Source of the DNA: Candidatus Omnitrophota bacterium
GTDB taxonomy: Bacteria; Omnitrophota; Omnitrophia; Omnitrophales; Aquincolibacteriaceae
Direction: 5' to 3'
Length of the DNA: 47,502 nt
Assembly: GCA_903819565.1 (NCBI GenBank)
Contig: CAIJDY010000097.1
Coordinates: 1 to 47,502, forward strand
The notes under the pieces were generated by a model that worked only from the letters and a program-made list of their open reading frames with translations, was not told where the DNA came from and searched no databases. Made by a program: the position numbers and the translations under genes. Below, one piece after another: positions 16,398 through 23,463 of the stretch; positions within the stretch are counted from its first letter, which is position 1; every line of letters begins with the position of its first letter.

Positions 16398-19300
16398 ATG
16401 TCCCTTCCAAGGATCGCGTCGGCGCAGGACCTGAACAAAATCCAAAAAACGGTGCTGGACGAACAGAAGCGGAACGCCTCTAAAAAGCAGATCCTCCTCT
16501 GTTCGGGCGCCGGGTGTATCGCTTCCGGATCCCTCCTGCTCAAAAACGCCCTCGAGAAAAAGATCAAAGAGGAGAACCTTGATGTCGAGGTCGTGGAGAC
16601 CGGCTGTCTCGGGCCTTGCGCGCAGGGCCCCGTGATCGTGGTCAATCCCGATCAGACCTTCTACGAGAACCTCAAGCCGGAGGACGCCCGCGATATTGTG
16701 GACGAACACCTGCGGAAGGGAAAACCGGTCGAAAGGCTTTGCCCGCGGGATGTGAAGGACGAGAAACCGGTGCTGAAGCAAAACGACATGGATTTTTTCC
16801 AGAAGCAGATCAAGATCGTTCTCCGGAACTGCGGCAGGATCGATCCGCTGAAGATCGGGGACTACATCGCGCAGGACGGCTACCAGGCGCTCGCGAAGGC
16901 GCTCACTTCGATGAAGCCGGACGAAGTGATCAAGCAGATCAAAAAGTCCGGACTTCGCGGCCGCGGAGGCGCGGGATTCTCTACGGGACTGAAATGGGAA
17001 TTGACCCGGGTCGCTCCGGGCGACGTGAAATACGCGATCTGCAACGCGGACGAAGGAGACCCGGGAGCATTCATGGACCGCAGCGTTCTCGAGGGGGATC
17101 CTCACAGCGTGATCGAAGGCATGGTCATCGCCGCTTACGCGATCGGGGCCTCGCGCGGTTTCGTTTATGTCCGTGCCGAATATCCTCTCGCGGTTTCGCG
17201 CCTGACCAAGGCGATCGAGCATGCCAAGGAATCGGGACTTCTCGGCGACAACATTCTCGGGACCGGATTCAATTTCGATCTGGAGATCCGGATGGGTTCC
17301 GGGGCTTTTGTCTGCGGAGAGGAAACAGCGCTGATGCGTTCCATAGAAGGAAAGCGCGGCGAACCCCGACCCCGTCCGCCCTTTCCGGCCCAAAAAGGCC
17401 TCTGGGACAAACCAAGCCTCCTGAATAACGTCGAAACCTACGCCAATGTTCCCGTCATCCTTCTCAAGGGCGCGGATTGGTACGCTTCGTACGGGACCGC
17501 GGCAAGCAAGGGGACCAAGGTTTTTGCGCTGGCCGGCGCAGTGAAGAACACCGGGCTTGTGGAAGTGCCGATCGGAACTCCGTTGGGGGAGCTGATCTAC
17601 GAGATCGGCGGCGGGATCAAAGGCGGCAAGAAATATAAGGCCGCCCAGATCGGCGGTCCTTCGGGCGGATGCATTCCCAAAGAATTCCTGAACGTCCCGC
17701 TGGACTATAAAAATCTCGAAGAGCTCGGCGCCATCATGGGTTCGGGCGGCCTTATCGTGATGGATGAGGATTCCTGCATGGTGGACGTCGCCAGGTTCTT
17801 CCTGGATTTCGTCCAGGACGAATCCTGCGGCAAGTGTGTGCCGTGCCGCGTCGGGACCAAGCGCATGCTGGAGATCCTGGAGCGCATTTGCTCGGGGCAG
17901 GGCGAGGAAGGCGATGTCGAAAAATTGATCCGGCTGGGCGGTCAGATCAAAGAGACGTCGCTTTGCGGGCTTGGGCAGACGGCGCCGAACCCCGTTCTTT
18001 CCACGATCCGCCATTTCCGCAAGGAATACGACCAGCATATCCGTGAAAAACACTGTGAGGCCGGAGTTTGTCCTTCGCTGGTGCGCGCGCCGTGCCAGAG
18101 CGCGTGCCCGGCCGGAGTGGACGTTCCGGGTTTTGTGTCGCTCGTGGGGGAGAAGCGTTATGCCGAGGCCCTGCGGCTTCATCGCGAGCGGAATCCTTTC
18201 GCGGCGGTCTGCGCCCGTGTGTGTTTTCATACCTGTGAAGAAAAATGTCGGCGCGCGAGTTTGGATGATTCCGTTTCCATTCGCGGGATCAAGCGGTTCA
18301 TGGTGGACCAGGAAGTCATTATCCAGATTCCCGAAGTGCACCATAACGAGCAGAACGCCGGCCGGAAGATCGCGATCATCGGGGCCGGTCCCGCGGGGCT
18401 TTCCTGCGGCTACTTTTTGGCCCGTCTGGGCTACCGTCCGACGATTTTTGAATCCGAGCCGCGGCCTGGCGGGATGCTCGTTCAGACGATCCCGGCTTAC
18501 CGGTTGCCGCGGGAGACTTTGGCCCGCGAGATCCGCATGATCGAACAATTGGGCGTTACGATCGAGACGGGCAAACATCTCGGAAAGGATTTCACCCTTC
18601 AGGAACTTCGCGACAAAAAATATGACGCGATCTTTATCGGGATCGGGGCGCCGGGCTCTTACGGCCTGGGAGTCGCCGGGGAAGACGCCGACGGCGTGGT
18701 GATGGCGGTCCCGTTCCTCAAGCAGTACAACATCCGGGGTTCGGTCCCGATCGGGAAAACAGTGATCGTGGTCGGAGGCGGTAACGCGGCCATCGACGCG
18801 GCCCGCACGGCGCTTCGCCTCGGGGCCGAGGCCGTGACGGTCCTGTACCGCCGCAGCCAGGAAGAGATGCCGGCTTATGCCGAAGAGGTCCGTGAGGCCC
18901 TTTACGAAGGGGTCGTTCTCCTGCAGTTGACGCACCCGATGGAGATCCTGAAGACCGCGGACAACAAGATCTCCGGGGTGAAGTGCATGACCATGAAGCT
19001 CGGGGATTATGACCGGAGCGGACGGCGGCGGCCGACCGCCGACGGGGCGGACCAGTTCGTTCTGGACGCGGATCAGGTGATCGTGGCGATCGGTCAAACG
19101 CTGAGCCCGGGGAAAATTTTTGATCTCAAGGATGCCGAACTGAAAATGACCTCCACCGGATTTATTTACGCGGATTCCGTGACCGGACAGACCTCCGTCC
19201 CGGGGATCTTCGCGGGCGGCGACGCGACGACGGGTCCGTGGTCGGTGGTTTCCGCGATCGGAGCGGGAGAGATCGCGGCCGTGGGGATCGACCAGTTCCT

Positions 19301-19538
19301 CACGGGCGAGAACCACGCTTTTTGGCGTGAGGAAAAGACCGTGGACACGGATTTTGATCCGGACGTGGATCCTGTCCCATATCCTCGCGAACCGGTCCGT
19401 TCGATCTCCGTCGAAAAGCGAAAATACAATTTTGATGAAGTGGAACTTTCCTGGAACGAGAACGTGGCGCAACGCCAGGCCAAGCGGTGCCTTCGCTGCG
19501 ATTACGGTAAGTCGGTGACGCACCGGGGGCACAAATAA
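16398..19538 (+). CDS. fusion protein: thioredoxin-like [2Fe-2S] + NuoF-like FMN/NAD(H)/[4Fe-4S] module + C-terminal GltD/NfnB-like FAD/NAD(P)H module
   Basis: N-terminal part: CSGAGCIASG...GCLGPCAQGP, GLRGRGGAGFSTGLKW, CNADEGDPGAF and ESCGKCVPCRVG (NuoF signatures). From about aa 545: CQSACPAG...AVCARVCFHTCEEKC, IAIIGAGPAGLSCG and VIVVGGGNAAIDAART (GltD/NfnB signatures). One uninterrupted 1046-aa frame. Confidence 0.85.
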   Translation: MSLPRIASAQDLNKIQKTVLDEQKRNASKKQILLCSGAGCIASGSLLLKNALEKKIKEENLDVEVVETGCLGPCAQGPVIVVNPDQTFYENLKPEDARDIVDEHLRKGKPVERLCPRDVKDEKPVLKQNDMDFFQKQIKIVLRNCGRIDPLKIGDYIAQDGYQALAKALTSMKPDEVIKQIKKSGLRGRGGAGFSTGLKWELTRVAPGDVKYAICNADEGDPGAFMDRSVLEGDPHSVIEGMVIAAYAIGASRGFVYVRAEYPLAVSRLTKAIEHAKESGLLGDNILGTGFNFDLEIRMGSGAFVCGEETALMRSIEGKRGEPRPRPPFPAQKGLWDKPSLLNNVETYANVPVILLKGADWYASYGTAASKGTKVFALAGAVKNTGLVEVPIGTPLGELIYEIGGGIKGGKKYKAAQIGGPSGGCIPKEFLNVPLDYKNLEELGAIMGSGGLIVMDEDSCMVDVARFFLDFVQDESCGKCVPCRVGTKRMLEILERICSGQGEEGDVEKLIRLGGQIKETSLCGLGQTAPNPVLSTIRHFRKEYDQHIREKHCEAGVCPSLVRAPCQSACPAGVDVPGFVSLVGEKRYAEALRLHRERNPFAAVCARVCFHTCEEKCRRASLDDSVSIRGIKRFMVDQEVIIQIPEVHHNEQNAGRKIAIIGAGPAGLSCGYFLARLGYRPTIFESEPRPGGMLVQTIPAYRLPRETLAREIRMIEQLGVTIETGKHLGKDFTLQELRDKKYDAIFIGIGAPGSYGLGVAGEDADGVVMAVPFLKQYNIRGSVPIGKTVIVVGGGNAAIDAARTALRLGAEAVTVLYRRSQEEMPAYAEEVREALYEGVVLLQLTHPMEILKTADNKISGVKCMTMKLGDYDRSGRRRPTADGADQFVLDADQVIVAIGQTLSPGKIFDLKDAELKMTSTGFIYADSVTGQTSVPGIFAGGDATTGPWSVVSAIGAGEIAAVGIDQFLTGENHAFWREEKTVDTDFDPDVDPVPYPREPVRSISVEKRKYNFDEVELSWNENVAQRQAKRCLRCDYGKSVTHRGHK

Positions 19539-21310
19539 TGCCGAAGATCTTCATGAACAATAAAGAGATCACGGTCGACACGAACGCCACCATTCTGGAC
19601 GCCGCGCGCTCCACGGGCATCCATATCCCGACACTTTGTTATTACGAAGGCAAGGCCCCGATCGGCGCCTGCCGTGTCTGTCTCGTCGAACTGGAAGGCG
19701 CGCGGACGCTGGTCGCTGCCTGCTCAACACCCGTCGCCGAAGGCATGAAGGTCCATACGAACAACAAGCGGGTCCGCGAAGCGCGCCGGACCGTGGTCGA
19801 GCTCCTTTTAAGCGAGCACGAGGGCAGCTGTCAGTATTGCACGCGCAGCAACGACTGCGAGCTTAAGGCGATCGCGTCCCATCTGGGGATCGAGGACATT
19901 CATTACAAGGGGGAAAAACCGGAGAAGAGGATCGATGAAAGTACGCCCGCTCTGGTCCGGGATTCCGGAAAGTGCATCAAATGCCGCCGTTGCGTGACGG
20001 TTTGCCGCGAAGTCCAGGGCGTCGGCGCGCTCTTTCCGCAAAAGCGCGGGTATAAGACGATGATCGGCCCGGCGTTCGCGATGGACCTTGATTCCGTGGC
20101 CTGCGTCCAGTGTGGCCAATGCGCCGCCATCTGTCCCGTGGGCGCGATCCAGGAAAAGAACGATATTGATAAAGTCTGGGCGGCGCTCGAAGACAAAACA
20201 AAGCATGTGGTCGTTCAGACGGCGCCGGCGATCCGGGCCGCGCTCGGGGAATGCTTCGGCTATCCGCCCGGCACGCTTGTGACGGGGAAAATGGTGACGG
20301 CGTTACGCAGGCTCGGTTTTCACGCGGTCTTTGACACGAATTTTGCGGCGGACCTCACGATCATGGAAGAAGGCACGGAACTCCTGATGCGTCTCAAAAA
20401 GGCGCTTGTGGAGAAAGCGCCGGTCGCACTGCCGATGTTCACGAGCTGCTCGCCGGGTTGGATCAAGTTCGCGGAATATTATTATCCGGAATTCCTGCCG
20501 AATCTTTCCACGTGCAAATCGCCCCAGCAGATGTTCGGGGCGGTCGCCAAGACTTTCTACGCTTCCAAGAAGGGCCTCAAGGCCGAAGACATGATCGTGG
20601 TTTCGGTCATGCCGTGCACGGCCAAAAAATTCGAGGCGCAGCGGCCCGAGATGAATTCCAGCGGCGTGCAGGACGTGGATTATGTGCTGACGACCCGGGA
20701 GCTCGGGTTCATGATCCAGTCCGCGGGGATCGATTTCAAGAGCCTGGAAGACGGTGAGATGGATTCTCCGCTCGGGTTATCGACCGGTGCGGCGGACATT
20801 TTCGCGAACACCGGCGGCGTGATGGTCGCCGCCCTGAGAACGGTTTACGAGATCGTGACCGGAAAGGAATTCCCCGCCGAGGACCTACGCTTGGCTCCGG
20901 TGGAAGGCCTGAAGGGGATCAAGGAAGCTTCTCTGAAGATCACGGGAACGGCTCCGGAATGGAATTTTCTGGAGAACGTGGAGGTTCGGATCGCCGTGGC
21001 GCACGGTCTTGAAAACGCGGGAAAACTGCTGGAGAGCCTTAAAGAAGGAAAGGTCCTGTATCATTTCGTCGAAATCATGACCTGTCCGGGCGGCTGTATC
21101 GGCGGTGGCGGGCAGCCGCGCCACACGGACGACTCCGTGCGCCTGGCGCGCAGCAAGGCGATCTATCAGGAGGACGCCGGCAAAAAGCTCCGGAAATCCC
21201 ACAAGAATCCGCAGGTCCAGGCGCTCTACGACGAATTCCTCAAGGCGCCTCTCGGTGAAAAATCCCACCATCTCCTGCATACGCGGTATCGCGAGCGCTC
21301 AAAAATTTAA
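19538..21310 (+). CDS. hydA: [FeFe]-hydrogenase catalytic subunit 1, atypical L1 motif
   Basis: N-terminal [2Fe-2S] and 2x[4Fe-4S] domains. L2 VMPCTAKKFE and L3 EIMTCPGGCIGGGGQP are canonical, but L1 reads FTSCSPGW. 1-nt overlap with the previous gene (TAATG). Confidence 0.85.
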   Translation: MPKIFMNNKEITVDTNATILDAARSTGIHIPTLCYYEGKAPIGACRVCLVELEGARTLVAACSTPVAEGMKVHTNNKRVREARRTVVELLLSEHEGSCQYCTRSNDCELKAIASHLGIEDIHYKGEKPEKRIDESTPALVRDSGKCIKCRRCVTVCREVQGVGALFPQKRGYKTMIGPAFAMDLDSVACVQCGQCAAICPVGAIQEKNDIDKVWAALEDKTKHVVVQTAPAIRAALGECFGYPPGTLVTGKMVTALRRLGFHAVFDTNFAADLTIMEEGTELLMRLKKALVEKAPVALPMFTSCSPGWIKFAEYYYPEFLPNLSTCKSPQQMFGAVAKTFYASKKGLKAEDMIVVSVMPCTAKKFEAQRPEMNSSGVQDVDYVLTTRELGFMIQSAGIDFKSLEDGEMDSPLGLSTGAADIFANTGGVMVAALRTVYEIVTGKEFPAEDLRLAPVEGLKGIKEASLKITGTAPEWNFLENVEVRIAVAHGLENAGKLLESLKEGKVLYHFVEIMTCPGGCIGGGGQPRHTDDSVRLARSKAIYQEDAGKKLRKSHKNPQVQALYDEFLKAPLGEKSHHLLHTRYRERSKI

Positions 21311-21318
21311 TTTTTTTA

Positions 21319-21347
21319 TTGATGGAAAGCGGGCGGCGTGATATTAT
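21319..21347 (+). promoter_or_regulatory. candidate sigma70 promoter of rex
   Basis: TTGATG, a 17-nt spacer, then TATTAT, immediately upstream of the conserved 24-mer. Confidence 0.45.
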
Positions 21348-21348
21348 T

Positions 21349-21372
21349 TCAATCGTTCCAAATTTCACAATT
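21349..21372 (+). promoter_or_regulatory. conserved 24-nt operator-like motif, copy 2 (possible Rex site)
   Basis: TCAATCGTTCCAAATTTCACAATT lies directly after the -10 and 12 nt before the rex start. Confidence 0.45.
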
Positions 21373-21383
21373 GAAAATTTGAT

Positions 21384-22001
21384 ATGAAAAAACTCCCCCG
21401 TAAGATCATCACCAGGGTCCTTCTTTACATCCGGACCCTCGAGGGTCTGCTGAAAGAGAAGCGCTACCTCGTTTCCTCGAAACAGCTGGCGGATATCACC
21501 GGGCTTTCGGACGTGAAGATCCGGAAGGACATTTCAAATTTCAAGAAGGTCGGAAGGCCGCGGATCGGCTACAAGACCGTGGACCTGAAGAGGACGTTGG
21601 AGAATTACCTTCTTCAGAACAACAAGCTGCATCTGGTGATCTTCGGGGCGGGGAACTTGGGGTCCGCTATTTTGAAGTACCCGGGGTTCCACCGGAGCAA
21701 AGTGAAGCTCGTCGCGGCCTTTGATGCGTCGAAAGCCAAGATCGGAAAAATGATCAACGGCGTGCGGATCTATCCGGTTGAGCGGGCGCCCGAGATCATC
21801 AAACGGCGCCACGCGGACATCGGGATCATCGCGGTACCGAAGGAACGTTGCCAGGAAGTTGCGGATTACATGGTGCTCTCGGGACTTCACGGGATCGTGA
21901 ATTTTGCGCCGTGTTCGATCAGCGTTCCGGCGAAGGTTCAGGTCCGCAATATGGATTTTACGATCGAATTTTTATCGCTTTTTTGTGACATACAGAAATG
22001 A
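21384..22001 (+). CDS. rex: redox-sensing transcriptional repressor Rex
   Basis: N-terminal winged helix (RVLLYIRTLEGL...VSSKQLADITGLSDVKIRKDISNF) and a Rossmann VIFGAGNLGSAI. 205 aa, typical Rex length. Confidence 0.9.
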   Translation: MKKLPRKIITRVLLYIRTLEGLLKEKRYLVSSKQLADITGLSDVKIRKDISNFKKVGRPRIGYKTVDLKRTLENYLLQNNKLHLVIFGAGNLGSAILKYPGFHRSKVKLVAAFDASKAKIGKMINGVRIYPVERAPEIIKRRHADIGIIAVPKERCQEVADYMVLSGLHGIVNFAPCSISVPAKVQVRNMDFTIEFLSLFCDIQK

Positions 22002-22064
22002 AGGGACGGGGAGAGGTTCTCCGGCCCGCTTCCGTAAACCTTGGGGAGTGCTAAGGAGGCTACT

Positions 22065-22406
22065 GTGGAATACAACGCCAAAGAGCTTTTGAAGCAGTTC
22101 AACGAATCGATGGTGAATATCCGCAAGACGGTTCCCGCGGAGTACGAAGCCTTCATGAAGGAAAAAGAAACGGTCCTTAAGTCGGGCAAGATCCCGGAGA
22201 AGACCAAATGGCTTTTGCTTCTGGTGGCGAGCACGACCCAGAAATGCCCGGTTTGCATCCCGCGCGCCGTCCAGCACTGCCTGGATGCCGGTTGGACCAA
22301 AGAAGAGATGCTCGAAGCGTGCATGGTCGCGGTACTGGTGGGCGGCTCGAGCGCGATGACGTATGTCACGCTGGTGGAAAAAGCGATCGAACAGCTGAAA
22401 AAATAA
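22065..22406 (+). CDS. carboxymuconolactone decarboxylase (AhpD-like) family protein with CxxC
   Basis: KTKWLLLLVASTTQKCPVCIPRAVQHCLDAGWTKEEMLEA fits the CMD/AhpD core. GTG at 22065 lies 6 nt after RBS aaggagg; the listed ORF start at 22041 is a TTG. Confidence 0.65.
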   Translation: MEYNAKELLKQFNESMVNIRKTVPAEYEAFMKEKETVLKSGKIPEKTKWLLLLVASTTQKCPVCIPRAVQHCLDAGWTKEEMLEACMVAVLVGGSSAMTYVTLVEKAIEQLKK

Positions 22407-22441
22407 AGAACGACAGCAAGATCCCAAAGGAGCTTTTTTGA

Positions 22442-22933
22442 ATGAATAAAAAAATGATCGAAGAAGAGATCCGGGAGATCGCGGATTCCTGGAAGGATAA
22501 AGAAGGAAATCTGATCATGGTGCTCCATGAGATCCAGAACCGCTATGGGTACGTGCCGCGCGAAGTTTCGCTAGTCCTTTCCGAGATCCTGGATGTACCG
22601 CTTGCGCGCATTTATGAAGTCATTACCTTTTACCACTTTTTCCGCCTGACACCTCCCGGCAAGATGAAGATCGCGGTGTGCATGGGAACGGCCTGTTACC
22701 TGAAGGGCGGGGCGGAACTCCTGGCGGAACTGGAGCACCTTCTCTGCGTAAAGCCCGGCGAAACGACCAAAGACGGGCAGTTCCAGCTGGAGGTGGTCCG
22801 CTGCCTGGGCTGCTGCGGTCTGGCGCCGGTATTGAAGATCAAGGAAAAGATCTACGGCGGCGTGAAGAAAAAAGACATCGGCGATATTATTGCCCAATAT
22901 TCGGATGAAACCGAGGCGAAAGCGGCCGCCTGA
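22442..22933 (+). CDS. nuoE: NuoE-like [2Fe-2S] subunit of hydrogenase 2 (HndA/HydC type)
   Basis: LIMVLHEIQNRYGYVP, CMGTACYLKG and VRCLGCCGLAPV. Confidence 0.85.
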   Translation: MNKKMIEEEIREIADSWKDKEGNLIMVLHEIQNRYGYVPREVSLVLSEILDVPLARIYEVITFYHFFRLTPPGKMKIAVCMGTACYLKGGAELLAELEHLLCVKPGETTKDGQFQLEVVRCLGCCGLAPVLKIKEKIYGGVKKKDIGDIIAQYSDETEAKAAA

Positions 22934-22952
22934 GGGCGACGCGAGAGGACTT

Positions 22953-23303
22953 ATGGAAAAACTGACGAAAGAAGGGCTGGAGAAACTCCGGCAGCAAGGC
23001 GCGGCGACGGAGAAGAATTACATCAAGGTGGGATTCAGCAGTTGCGGGATCGCCGCTGGGGCGCAGGAGGTCTATGACGTGCTTTGTGAGGAGGCCCGAA
23101 AGCACAACGCGGACGTGGAGATTAAAAAATGCGGTTGCGTCGGGATCTGCTCCGCCGAACCGCTTGTGGAAGTCCGGGTGAAAAATATGCCCCGCGTTTT
23201 TTACGGGAAGGTCGACAAAGACACGGCCATCAAGATCATGGAAAAACATGTGTGCGGGAAGATGCTTGTGAACGATCGGATTTATGATTTGAAGGTTAAT
23301 TGA
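22953..23303 (+). CDS. small thioredoxin-like (2Fe-2S) ferredoxin (HndB-like)
   Basis: 116 aa from MEKLTKEGL, with RBS gagagga. VGFSSCGIAAGAQEVY...IKKCGCVGICSAEPLVEV resembles the N-terminal domain of HydB expressed as a separate protein. Confidence 0.65.
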   Translation: MEKLTKEGLEKLRQQGAATEKNYIKVGFSSCGIAAGAQEVYDVLCEEARKHNADVEIKKCGCVGICSAEPLVEVRVKNMPRVFYGKVDKDTAIKIMEKHVCGKMLVNDRIYDLKVN

Positions 23304-23450
23304 CCTTCTGAATTTTAGAAGGTCATCCTCAGCGAAGCGCTAGATGTGCGGAGCCGAAGGATTTTATTAAGGAAACCCCGCGATTCGTTCCCGCGAAACA
23401 GGGACGAATCGCGGGGTAAGTGGGTCGGGAAATCCCGACCCCTTAATTAA
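23301..23450. repeat. cluster of palindromic repeat units inside the hydrogenase 2 operon
   Basis: Three hairpins: TGACCTTCTgaattttAGAAGGTCA (includes the stop codon), a perfect 16-bp stem CCCCGCGATTCGTTCCCgcgaaacaGGGACGAATCGCGGGG, and GGGTCGGGaaatCCCGACCC. Also contains a gtcatcctcagcgaagcg unit, and ttattaagga / ttaattaagga flank the block. Confidence 0.75.
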
Positions 23451-23463
23451 GGACAGGGAGACC

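Noticed and set aside
16350-19532. 1060-aa ORF on the minus strand, the longest ORF in the window
   Set aside because: It is exactly antisense to the hydB1 fusion gene. Its translation is an Arg/Pro/Gly/His-rich low-complexity string with no motifs, whereas the + frame carries dense NuoF and GltD signatures. This is a typical shadow ORF in GC-rich DNA.
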